Shown: positions 12,246 through 24,789 of the stretch, piece after piece | Numbering within the stretch: the first letter of the stretch is position 1 | How the letters are laid out: each line of letters begins with the position of its first letter | Origin: Harriotta raleighana | Taxonomy: Eukaryota | Assembly: GCA_050575255.1 (NCBI GenBank) | Contig: JBNZDD010013687.1 | Coordinates: 2,261,312-2,325,311 of the forward strand | Reading direction: 5' to 3' | Length of the DNA: 64,000 nucleotides | Notes under the pieces: generated by a model | The model's database searches: none | Told to the model about the DNA's origin: nothing | Seen by the model: only the letters and a program-made list of their open reading frames with translations | Program-made: the position numbers and the translations under genes

Positions 12246-15200
12246 AACCGAATTATATGCAAGGAATTTGTGTATACTTTTTCTACGAAAAAGTCAGATT
12301 ATTCATTATGCTTCAGATTTAGTTGAAACATTGTGCTAAATAGCTGATGATTGTATGAAGATGTTTAGTTCAGATTTCTTGCAACAATTTGATGGATTAA
12401 TAGACTTTTTTCATTTCTATTTTTTTTAAAATGTGTGGGCTATAGTTTTTAAGTTGTTCAATGCAGTACAATGTACCTGTTTATTAATGCTGAACATATT
12501 TATTACATTGAGATCTGATTTGGGGTTGAGGTTTTTCCTCACCTGTGACTTTTCCAATTCTGAAATCCTTAATAAGCAAAAACTGCTCTGGATATCAGTT
12601 TTGATTTTTGAGTTGTTAGCTGGGTCACTTGGAACAACTGTAACCTGATGTCAACCTTGAGCAATGGAAAAGTCAACAATATTATGCAAGTTACTGCAAT
12701 GTGGCAGAAAGCCATCCCAGTGTTGCTATTGAAAGCATAAAATAAGAGAAGCTTTCAGTTCCAATGTAACTTCCCGCCTAGACGCACAAAGCTTCCAACA
12801 CTTCCACCTAAATAAGCAAACCCAAAGGGTTTATGAGCTAACCTTAAGGTGGACTTAGACAGCAGCTCCATTGTTAATCCATCCTTACCAACCACAGTAA
12901 AATTGAACTTCAGTATTGCACGTTTATTTTTCTCAAGACCCAACTGGAAATATAGCAGCTATTAGCTTATCGTGTTTCTTTGTATTCATCAGGTTACTGT
13001 TGTATAAATTAATCAACAATTCCTTACATTGAATTCCCCGAGAGCCCTCAGGAACAGAGAGTGAAATTGGCATTTGATAAATATTGCTGGTTTGGTTTGG
13101 ATGTGACGTACAAAAGATTATCCATATGCCGCTCATTGAATGCAGTTGCCTACTGTAACTTGAAAGGCATTAATTCAATCCAGAGCATCAAAGGCTATTA
13201 CTGATGCTCAAGAACATTAGCCCCAAAACTGTTTGCTTCTTACCAAGCCTCCTGTCACAATTCATTCTGTCACAATCTCCACTTCACAGCAGCTGCCGCT
13301 TTGTGCAATATTGCCTGTGTGAACAATGAAGAGAATTAGAGGTGCCAGTTAGAGGTTGATTCCTACACATTCGTCACATTCCTACAGTACTAAACATCTT
13401 TACCATTGGAATGTAACATTCTACCACAGTTTCAAACTACATGTTTTGTACAACCTGCATGTTCAGCGTTGAATTTCATTGGTGTATCACAATGATTCTT
13501 TGGTGAAAGATCTTTTCATTATAATTTGTGTGTAAAGTTATCTTAAATTTTTGTAGTTATGTAAACACTATATCATTTCTTTAAGTTGGGGCAAGAGAGA
13601 TAAGTGTGTGGTACAGTATTGCAAAGCATTTACAGCAGCTGGGATACTGCAGTGCTGGTTGTTTTGCCTTTGTATCCATAATTTTCCCCTTCATTTACCT
13701 TTCGCCATTTGGCCTCACCATCTTACATACACTCATTAAAGCCATAGCATGGATTTGATAGAACAAAAGAGCCATTTGAAAGATTTCCTTAAAAAAATAA
13801 ACTTAATACTTTATTTTAACTCATTTGAAAATTACTCCCAAATAAGTACGAAATTGTAATTTTTCCATTGTGGGCCCAAAGTTAACTCTTTGAATAAAGC
13901 TTTAGTTCATTTGAAAGTTATCTGAAACAAATAACACACAGAGAAAAAGTTCAACAACGGGGACAAGCAAATGGTGTGTCCATTCAGATCTCATTACAAG
14001 TATATTCTTTGTGTATTTTGTAAATCAAATTCAATTTGAAAATACCGTATCCAAATTGTTACAGTTTTGATCAGTTGGGTTACAACGAGCTTTGAATTAC
14101 AGTTTCTCCTTATACCCTCTCTCCATACCCTTTATACCCTCCCATTACATCAGACAGTTATAGGAATGTCTCACCAGTCTGATTATTTTTGCAGACTCAC
14201 AGAGTTGGATAAAATTTTTACCATTATCAGAGTACAAACTCTACAGAATCTGAAACCAGAAACAAATTCCAATTTTTCATCCTTAATATTTATATTCAAG
14301 ATGCATTTTCCTCTTCCAGTTTGTCAAATAGATTTGAGATTTTTTAGATAATCTCTTTGCTCAACAAGGTTTAGACTGTTGATCTGTATTTGTTTTTCAT
14401 GAGGGGAAAGCTACCTTGTGTTATTTTGAAAGGATTTCTATCAATGTTCTATACATTTTTCAGCAAATAACATTTTTTTTGAGATCCCCACTTTATATTA
14501 ACCAATAAACCTAAAAAAGATTTACTGATTTCTATTCAAGAGAAATACTGCAGTGCAGTTATCTTCAATGTTTATAAACCATTTTCCTTTCTTTTATTTA
14601 CTCTAGCCAGAGATAAGAGACACTTTCACCCAGCTGGTTCATTCATCATTGCTTATCTGCAGTCCTCTTCCAATTTTGGTCCTTGCTCTGTGGTGTCAGT
14701 CTATTGGGTTATTGGGTAGTAAATAGCAGAAAGCCAATTACTCTCAACCTGGTTAGGATGTGAGAAATACATTACAGTCATATAATCTCTCCAATTCTAA
14801 GCAAATGCTGCCATCCTAGGATGCTCCTGGTGCAAATTAGCTGCCTACATAATAACATTCTATCTTATCCACAATGTTATTATTTATTTCCGGATGATCA
14901 TTACATTATTTAATTTGTGTTCTGCCTGCCTTGTGGACATAAAAGGTCTACCTAGCAGTTCTAAAGAAAACATGGAATTCTCTCCTTTAACTTGTGATTA
15001 ATATTCCACTCCCAATCCACATTTACAAACAAAATTCAAACTAAGTACTCATCTCATTGATGTTTGTGGACATTGCTAGCTCAGAATAATTGCCATCCAT
15101 GTGAAGAAGAAAAACAACTTGCATTTATATATTATTCTTCACATGGGGTAAAGTCTCAGACCATTGATTTTATAAACCGCTTTAAAACATGTATATATAC

Positions 15201-17000
15201 ACGAAAGGTGCTACAGTATATAAATGCAAGTTATTATCATTACTACATGTAATATGAATATTTTTCTCTTCGATAGGGTTACATTTGAAAATGAAGCAAT
15301 TTGATTTCTAACAATTTGATTTTCAGTCTAATATCAAACCTTATGTTACTATGGTAGCCTGAAGTATTGTATTTAGAATGCTAATGAAGGACTCAAATTC
15401 TAGACTCTATGAGGGCAAAAATACTGAGAATATTTCAAAAGGCAAAGAGGAAGAGCAAACTTTAAAGTTGCGGTTTAGCGGATTCTAACAACTGATCCTT
15501 AGCTCTATCTCAATAGATGGCATGTCACGGCTGTATGTTTAAGACAGACGCCACACACTTAGCAAAGACAATCCACCACAAATCCCAATTCTACCAAAGC
15601 CAAGAGCTGAACAATTCCCTAGAGATCAACAGCGGAGCGAAGACAATTGCTGCTGCCTACATGGTTGCCAAGAAGCAAATCCAGGCAGTAATAGATTTAT
15701 TGTTGTTTCTAAAAAGGCAACCCTTGGCAAGCATCAAATGTTTTCCCTTTACAGTATTTGCTTGACTTTTCCCACTCTTGCTTGTTATACAGCTTGTAAA
15801 AGAAAGAGTACGAGGGATATATCAATGTGATGCTTGCTGCAAACCATTTCTACTTACTTTAAGATGTGTAGCTTGCAAAAAGGCAATTTAGTGGAGTATG
15901 AAAAAGCAAATCTACCTCAGTGTGGTCACTAATAACAGTGATGGAAGCGAGAATCTGTGTTGCCATGGCAAAAAAACAATTATATACTGCACCTCATAGT
16001 GGAGGATTATGTTTGGACAGTGAATATTAATCAATTTATTACATTAAAAAAAAGGATCCATTAAAAAAAGGTCCTTCAACTCCAGAGTCCTAGATTGAAG
16101 GACCACTTGTGTGAAAAGGAAACACAATGGGGTCCCTCTACCCTCACATTTCTGGACCTTAATTTAAAAAGAATGGAAAAAAATGCACAAGAAAAAGCTG
16201 CTATCAGAATATCTCACTCGTCAGAATCTGGCTTTTTAAAAAAAAACTCTGTAACATGTACAATTTTAGCTTAAAGCCATAACTGCATCAGCTCATTATC
16301 AGCAGTGACCATCATATTGTTCATATCCACACCAGTGAAAACCTTATGCCGTAAACAAGTACTACAATAAAGTGCTTGTTTAGAATGGCAAGAGATAGCA
16401 TTTGCACCACAATTGTGGCTGTACAGGGGCAGCGTGGGAGAATATAGTCCAGCTCTTTAATTACAATGCACTTAACTGCAATGCTTCAATCCAGGAAAAA
16501 ATATTCAAATGGAGATCACTAACTAGCTTTGGTTAGTAACCTTTTGTCTTTGTTTGCAAAGGAATGTTAAACAGGGTCAGCTTCAGCAAGAGATTCCATG
16601 CTGAAATTAGCATTGAGAATTACAGATTAATAAACTGGAATCCATGGAGTGTACATCGGCCCACAAACTCCTATCAAATCTAGTTTCCAGATAATCTATA
16701 GCAAGGTTACCAAGGGGATTGTTGCATTTCCATCCTTGACATAAAACTAAATTGAAAACAGAAAACAATCTGTGTGAAACCCAGGCTGCGAAAAGCAGGC
16801 TAACTGAACCATAGAATCTGCAGCTGAATACCATTCTTTTCACCCAATTGCTGTGACTGATTTTGAACATCCTAGTAGAATACATTCCTGTTCTTTAGAG
16901 GTTTAGGTGATAGTACTTACTTTTTTTGTGAACTATATGCAACGCGTATTTCTCTGGACAAGCATCATTATTTTTCTTGGGGGTGTGGTTTTGAAGGATT

Positions 17001-18356
17001 ACATACCTCGAACCTGAATTCTCAATCTCACACACTTATCAGCAAACAATCTTTAATGGAACTGAATGGAAACCACAAAGGCTGCCTCATGTTCAGCAAT
17101 ATAATTTTTGAGGTTAATACAGTTTAGAACAGAGATCATGTGAAGCGCAGTCTGAATTATCAATGATCCTCCTGTACAGTTTAAGCACAAATGTATTTAG
17201 TGAAACACCAAAATGTCTCCATTATCCAGTAAAATAAACATCAATCTTAATGATTTCATAAAAAGTGTCAGCCGCCATACACAATGCAGTAGTTTCTTTA
17301 TAAAATAGCTGCCTCAAGATTAGTCTTTTGCTCATCATTTTTACTGTACAATTTATTCATGAAATATTGTAGACATAATAATTATTTTCTTTTTTAAGAT
17401 ATCCTGTATTGTGCCTTCTTCTAAGTTTGGCACTGATTATTCCAGTGTTCTACCAAAAAGAGTGCCTAACTTGGCTGTCCCTTCATGCACCTTCATTGTT
17501 GCTGTTAAACAAGAGTGAAATGTATAAACATAGGTATTGTTTTGTGTCAGTGTATCCGGCACAAATTTGCATTAACCTTGTTGATTTAGATGTCAAAATG
17601 CACTGATGCCAGTTTCTATGTAGCTTGCTCACTTGAGGCATTTATTAAGGTGAATCACTTGGTAGAATAGAAATGTTGCATTTCAACTCATGTCTCATTA
17701 AATGACTATTAAAAACCATGGAGCATCCCTGTACTTGGCGAATTGTACATAATTAAGATTTAAGGTAATAGTGGAAATAATTGTTAAGACTAGTGTTATA
17801 ATTTTATCACTCAATATTTCATACAATAAATAATCCTTGCATTTGATTTGATGCTTTTCACATCTTCTAGACAACTCAAAATGCTTCACAGAGTACACTG
17901 TAAACTGACTTGACTGTACATTTGTGGGCGAAAATCAGAGGCCAATTATTCACAGCAGTATCCCACAAACAGTCGTGGATTGAAAATGACCAATTTATGA
18001 TTTTTTTTTGAGGGATTATTATCAGGCTTGTGGAGTAAGGAAATTTGCCCAAAGTTTCATCCTGCTTGGAATTGAACCCAGGGCTCTCACTCGTAAGGCG
18101 AGTGCTCTAACCACTGAGCTACAGGACTCCATAAATTTAAACAAAACGGAAATAAATGTTTGTATAGAACCAAATAAACTTGTGATTTATAATAATAATT
18201 CTTTCATTTGGTATTGCACCGTTGGTATCACACACACCAAATATCTCAAAAATTATATTGCTGAACATGAGGCAGCCTTTGTGGTTTCCATTCAATTCCA
18301 TTAAAGATTGCTTGCTGATAAGTGTGTGAGACTGAGAATTCAGGTTCAGGGTATGT
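17001..18356. repeat. Dispersed inverted repeat: 17001-17112 and 18245-18356 (112 bp, 5 mismatches)
   Basis: Direct comparison of the two segments by eye. Confidence 0.92.
17828..18130 (-). mobile_element. Full-length family A SINE
   Basis: Reverse complement of the family from tail (aataatccttgcatttga) to head (gctctaaccactgagctacaggactcc). Confidence 0.9.
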
Positions 18357-18683
18357 CTTCGAGATGTATCTAAGCACATCACAGAGTATACTGTAAAGTG
18401 AATTTAATATTTTGTGGGTGAAACACGGCAGCCAAATGTACACAGCATTGTTCCACAAACTGTCATGAACTGAGTGACCAAATTATTATTTTTAAATTAT
18501 ATTTTTAAAGGAAGGAATTATTAACCCTGGAAAAGCAATTCGCCAATCATCTAACGACTGGATTCTAAAATTAAAATAAAGCCATGTGGAGGAAGAAAAC
18601 TTGCCTAAGATTTTGCTCTGTCCAGAAATCAAACCTAGGTACTCTTGCTTGCTAGGCGAGTACACATTTCCCTAAAGGACTCC
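18188..18683 (-). mobile_element. Family A SINE interrupted by an insertion of about 135 bp in its tail
   Basis: Tail 18188-18219, foreign segment about 18220-18352, then body and degraded head ending ggactcc. Confidence 0.75.
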
Positions 18684-20264
18684 AGTAGTGAAAGGAGTTA
18701 TCCTTTCTCAAAGTTAATACTTGGATATTTTGAAGTTACCCAGTAAAGGTCATATCAGACAGTTCAGTCTTTAAATACTGGGAGATTTCACATTGTACGA
18801 AAATGTGTGGCCAACTGATTTTATATAACAGATGATAAAGACAGCAGTCACTGTGGTCCTAGCACTGACACATGGAATTGACTTTGGTCAGGTAAAGATT
18901 ATGCTTGATAGTTACAAAAAACACCACAGTATTAAAGCTTATCATTTCCTTTCTTCATCATGACAAGTCTGAAGGTGAGAAAATGAAAGTCTATTTTAAC
19001 CTTAGATGTTTTGGTACAATATTTTTAGGGTATTATGAAATAAGAGATATGAAATGGTAACATGTTTGTTGACCCAACACTGGCCATGATTAAAAGGAGA
19101 AAGTATTCCTACAATGATGTCGTAGATACAGGTTTACAACCCATGAAAGATGTTTGGTCAATACTGAATTGTGTTAATTTGACCCATCCAGTCTGCACTG
19201 GCTCCCCGAGCAAGGTGTCAATTCAATCCCACTGCTCTGCCTTATCCCAATACTGCTCAATGCCTTCATCATCCATAAATCCATCTACTTCTTTCTTGAA
19301 ATCTACAATGCTTCTATCACCATATTTGGCAGATATCTGGCCAAACCTCCACAACTCTGAGTGAAAAAACAATGAAAACATATTTCTTTAACCAATAAAT
19401 ATTTTTAAAATTTTCATATGACCAACTGGCATCAAGTGTTGATTCTCTTTCGAATCTGCCTTTAAGGCTGGTACAGAAATTTAGTTAGCTGGGAAAGCCT
19501 CACACTTAAAAACTGATTGGGAAAGGGACTTAGGGGGACCAAGGCAAAGCAGGTGCGGTAGAAACCTTGGACTGAGGAGAGGAATAATGTCTTGTGTGAG
19601 TGAGAGGAAAAAAATAGTTTTTTCAAACTCCTATTGCTCCGAAAACCAGCTGCCTCGCTGGACACGGATCCACAGAGAAGCAAGCGCTTGTGTGGGACTT
19701 GAATCCAGAGAAGAACAGCTGTGGGTGGAATGTGAAGTTAGATAGAGGCAGCTGCAATAACGGGAAGCCAGTTTTCATTGGCACTGTGCAGAAATCATAT
19801 GTGTTGCATTTGTCCTTTTTTCTTAACCTGATAAAATAAGCTCTTTGAGGGTTATGTTATTATTAAGGATCTCATACCTCTTCAATTGGCATTTACATTC
19901 CCCAAATATGTCAACATTTCCAGTGATACATTCTTTGGTACCTTTGTGGGTTTTATTTCATGCTGCTTCATCTCACCCAACTCAAACGCAGCATCATTCG
20001 GAATGACAAATTTCATTCAAGCATTCCCTTTGTTCTCCCACATGCTTTTGCTCATGCTTCTAGCATGATGTAGAGATAGATGTAGAGTTAACCAACTCGA
20101 ATCTGGAAGACTGAAATCTCCTGTTTTTCAGTTCTCTGAGTCTTTGGTTTCAATCTTCATTCATGAAAGATCCTCATTCCACATACCATCAATTCAGATA
20201 CAGTTTCTTAGATTTTCACCTTGCTGTGTACCATCCCAGGTTTCTAATTACATCTTCTGACATA

Positions 20265-20497
20265 ATACAATAAAAAATAAATTTGTATAGAGCCTTTCAC
20301 ATTGGGAGGATGTCCCAAGGTACTGGACAGTCAGAGATTTAGACCCGAGCTGTGGGTTGGGATTGGGGAAAGGTGGAGGGTGGAGAGCAGGAGGATGGCT
20401 GAAGCCTCGGTCGAAAAGGAGAGTTTCGAGATGTGCTTTGAAGGCGGCAGGGGAGGGAGGGAGGCAAATGGACTGTGGGATGGAATTCCATAGAGAC
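20265..20497 (-). mobile_element. L2 LINE 3' end
   Basis: SLWNSIPQSICLPPSPAAFKAHLETLLF peptide plus tail gcctttcacattgggaggatgtcccaagg. Confidence 0.85.
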
Positions 20498-21712
20498 ATG
20501 GCAGAGATCCTGGGCTGATATTACTCAGCAATGGTCATCCATACCAATATTCCATCACAGTGTGTGATGGGGGGATGGGGGGAATGGACACATCAGCTAC
20601 AGCATTTAGCAATATCATAAAACACAACAGTCACAAATAAAAACAAACACATGTAACAAGAAACGAAGAATAAACGCAGAAGGACAAAGTCTTTTTTTTA
20701 AAATACAAAATCATATTGGGCATAAGGAATTACAAGAATATAAAATGTAAAAACTATGAGATACCAGGACTTTAAAACGTGACACCTCAGCCTACCATTG
20801 TCAAAAGTCGACAAAAACAACTTAATCCTGCAGTAAAACTCTGTAAAACACATCCTATCAGAGCTGTTTTGCTAGTCTGTGTTTCATTTATTTTACATGA
20901 TAAGACCACCTTGCTTTGTTTTGCACAACTACAAATAATGCCTGATGTCTACTTGCTGCCAGCTCCCTGTTGTGATGGGGAAGAATGAGGAGGCAAACAA
21001 TGAAGGGACCTGCTGGTAACTGATAAATTAATGGGACCTAGCAGAGAGAGCAGAGTAGAAACCTCCAACCAAGCAAACAATCCTGGAAGCTGGATTTTTT
21101 TTGTGTGGTGACGTTAAAAACTATTGACACAAATTTTAAACACAAGTTTAAAAACAAATAAAATGAGCATCCAATAAATTGTTATTTAAAATTAATATCG
21201 AGAGAGCAATAGAGATACAACAACATTAGTACAAAGCATCTAAGAGGGGAATTTTTCACTGTGGTAGATGGTCAGAAAATTGCAAAATATTACATATTAA
21301 AATGAAATAGAGGCTCAACAAAATCCATCAAATAGCAAGATGGGCTTTCCATGGTTTTACGTTAAACATGTTTTCCCTGTGTTGCTACCTTGCAAATTTT
21401 TCTTTGTAATTTAAAACACTGGATTCATATAAATGAAATGATATTGCACTTCCAGTAAATACAATATAAAAATCAGCTGAAAGATGGAGAAGCTCAGAGA
21501 ATACCCACAGGTAAAAATATAAACTTTTACCATCAGTTTTACTGGTTTCAATATATCTGGATGCTTTTCGAGATGGCATTGCTCAAAATTTACTGTATCG
21601 TAGAATGAAAAGGCAATTGGAAACAGATGCTTCCATTATTGTAATAATGCACAATGATTTAATTCCAATTTTTATCGATTGATAAATTGAAAGGATGTCA
21701 GCAGTTTATTTT

Positions 21713-22103
21713 TAATAATAACCCTTGCATTTGATAAAGCTCTCTTCATGTCGTCCAGACGTCTCAAAGTGCTTCAAATTACAACAAAAGTCACAACAAA
21801 AGTCACAACAACAAAATTACAGTTAGACTGCCTTTCATGTTGGGAGTGCATCCCGAGGTGCTGAAGTATACCATAAAGTGAATTGACTGCACATTTGTAG
21901 GTGAAACGCGGCAGCCAATTGTACACAGCAGTGTCCCACAAGCAGTCATGGATTGAAGTGACCAATTTATTATTGTTTGTTTTAGGGATTTTTGTTAGGC
22001 ATGTGGAGTAAGGAAACTTGCCCACTGTTTCACCCTGCCTAGAATTGAACCCAAGTCTCTCACTTGTAAGGCGACTGCTCTAACCACTGAGCTACAGGAC
22101 TCC
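21713..22103 (-). mobile_element. Full-length family A SINE with a nested L2 3'-end fragment (about 21778-21863)
   Basis: The SINE tail breaks after caaagtgcttca. The insert has (CAA)-rich repeats and gcctttcatgttgggagtgcatcccgaggtgctg. The SINE resumes at agtataccataaagtgaattg. Confidence 0.85.
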
Positions 22104-22747
22104 TCTTCTAGTAGTAATTCTATGGTATGTTAAGTGTTAATTCATCCAATGAATTGTGTCTCATGCACCCAAATAACTACTTTCCTTGGGAGATTCAGGA
22201 AAAATGAGCGCTTAGTTAAGCCATGAAGATTGTACCAAGTGCCTACTTTACAAGTAAGAGTCCAGGCAGATTTCTTTCATGAGGATCTGTAGCTATGGAG
22301 GATTGAGTTACTATCTCATCTGATGGTTTTTGAAATGGTTTTTCAGTCCCCTTTTATAAACTTCAACAGCAAATAAACTTCTTGCTGATGCCTCTCTGTG
22401 ATGAAGGGCAGAAGTGAATAAATATGAGTCAAGTTAATTCAAATATCATAGTCCGTAGATGCAAAGTTCCCAGCAGCAAATCAATCTCTTCCATGTGTCT
22501 TTAGAACAGAAGATTTATTGAATATCAGCAGTGAAAACATTCTAGGTGTCCAACAAAATTTAGGGTTATGGAATTCTGTTAAATGTTGAAAGAAGATTGG
22601 TTAACTTGTCTTTGCGTCAGTTCAGTTGTTCTCAGATCCCGATGGAGGTGCACATCTTCTCTAGCATTGCCAGGCAAGTGGCATGCAAATACCACAACAG
22701 GGTAGTTGAGTAACAGTGAGTAAAACTCAATAAACATTGCACACAAT

Positions 22748-23058
22748 TAATAATAATAATCCTTGCATTTGGTATAGCACTTTTCACATCTTCCAGGCAT
22801 CTCAAAGCACTTCACATAATATGCTATAAAGTGAATTGCCTATACATTTGTGGGTGAAACCAGTAGTCAATTGCGCACAGCAGTGTCCCACAAACAGCCT
22901 TGGATTGAAACGACCAATTTATTATTGTTGGTTTTTGCAAGGGATTATTATCAGACATGTGGAGTAAGGAAACTTTCCCAATGTTTCTCCCTGCTTGTAA
23001 TTGAACTCAAGTCTCTTGCTTGCAAGCTGCACGCTCTAACCACTGAACTGCAGGACTC
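22748..23058 (-). mobile_element. Full-length family A SINE
   Basis: Tail-to-head collinear with the other copies. Confidence 0.9.
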
Positions 23059-23312
23059 TACAGGATTAATGGGCTTAATAAAACTCTCTTACATGTTATG
23101 CCAGTGTAGAGTAGCCCCTAACCACAAAATATTACAATTGATTGCTCAAGTAAAAACAACAGAAAAGAAAAAAAAATTAGCAGACTGCCAGATATTTTTT
23201 TTTATATACAGTATATGTGTATATGTATACATAAACACTTGTTAGAAAGGAAAAGAAAATAGATATGAAATATTTTAGACAATTTCACTGAAACTGACAA
23301 TAGTTAAAACCA

Positions 23313-23580
23313 CAGTAAAACCTCAATAACCTAGCCAGGTTGGGCCAACACACCTCCCGGATTTCGGAGTTTGCCGATATTTAGAAAGCTACCTAGAAAT
23401 GGCTGGGAAAGCTACCCCCCATAACAGCAGGTGTGCTGTAAACACCGCACTGAAGCCAAAAAAATACCCGAGCTCCACCCACAGTGCCAGATGAGCCGTG
23501 AACTACAAGCAGCTGTTCTGAACTTCAGGAGATTTGCTGGACATCGGCTTTCGGAATGTCAGATTATTGCGGTTTTACTG
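23313..23580. mobile_element. Non-autonomous Tc1/mariner-superfamily (Tigger/pogo-like) MITE, 268 bp
   Basis: TIRs cagtaaaacctcaataacct (23313-23332) and agattattgcggttttactg (23561-23580) match at 18/20. CAGT termini are typical of Tigger/pogo. Both flanks read CA rather than the expected TA. Confidence 0.75.
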
Positions 23581-24789
23581 CATTGAGTTCTCCATTTGAT
23601 CATCATTAGAATGTAAAGCAAGGAAAGATATCACACAATAGTGATGCTTAAATATTAAGTGACCACAAACATTTTTAAAAATTGAAATAATGCTTATTAT
23701 AATTGGTGAGTCAATCAGTGTAATATGTAATATGGCAAGTTAGGATGAAGAAGTCCTTTGAAGCTTGAGGTTTGTATTTTCTTACAATCCCTGATAAAAA
23801 GTTTCACCCAAAGCTGCCTGTCTGTCCACCAATGTCATAAGGCAATGACCAAGTCTCTCTGAAGCCTGAAGTCATTGAAGTGTGAAGAGTTAGATGTAGC
23901 TTAAGTACATGAGGTAGTTTGTATTCTTGGTAGGCTTCATGTTTCTCAACATCATTATGGCTGAGAAGATTGGGTTTTTGATGAAGGCTGCTATGAATTC
24001 CAAAGCTTTCTTGATGCTGCCTGGAGCCCCTCTACTTGCAACTCCCCTGTCACTTTGACAGATGGCTCTCTGTTTTGAGCGCATTTCTTAAAATTATCTG
24101 TGCACCTCTGGTGATTGAGGTTCGTTTGAGCACTGGGCAATATTGTAGGTGTAGGTGCGGTGAAGACAACAGTTTGAAGCACTCTGCATCTTGCAGCTGA
24201 GATGGTCAGTGCAAAATCATTAAAAGTGAAAGGTGATGGGTTTGACACCTACGGATTTCCAATGTTGATCAGCCAAGAGATGCTTGGGTTTGTTAAATTT
24301 GTTCAACTCTTCAAGTCATATGGCAAGATAGAAAGCCACCACAGCGATCATATCTTGAAGGCATTATCTACTTGCTCATGAGATACATCCTCTCTAAAAC
24401 ATCTACCAGAAACACCATGACATCCTGAATTGCATCTAGATTTTTCTAATGTTGAAGTAGGATAAGATTGGTTCAATCCACTCTCCAAAGACTGTTCCAG
24501 CATGAGTCAATCCCAACAGTTTTGCCTGAAGATCCTCAGAAAAATAAGCTTCCTATATAATATTAACAATCATCTTTGCATATGCCCACAATATATACAA
24601 TCAATTTTCCTACTCTCCTTTCCCCTACCCCGCCCACCCCAACCCCCCCCCCCCCCCCCCGTTCTGGTCCCTACCTGTCTGATCAGCACCTTGGGACATC
24701 CTTAATGGCGCTCTAAAAATGTAATTTTGATTGATTGATGTTATAGCACATTTCGTCTCAAAGCATTTCACAACAGACATTACCACATA

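Noticed and set aside
19460-19790. Possible LTR fragment
   Set aside because: Slightly GC-richer, but no TG..CA ends, PBS/PPT or second copy could be identified.
24682-24702. REST/RE1-like tcagcacc..ggaca (also about 33163)
   Set aside because: Half-site spacing is off by one, the 3' end does not match, and both lie in L2 tail sequence.
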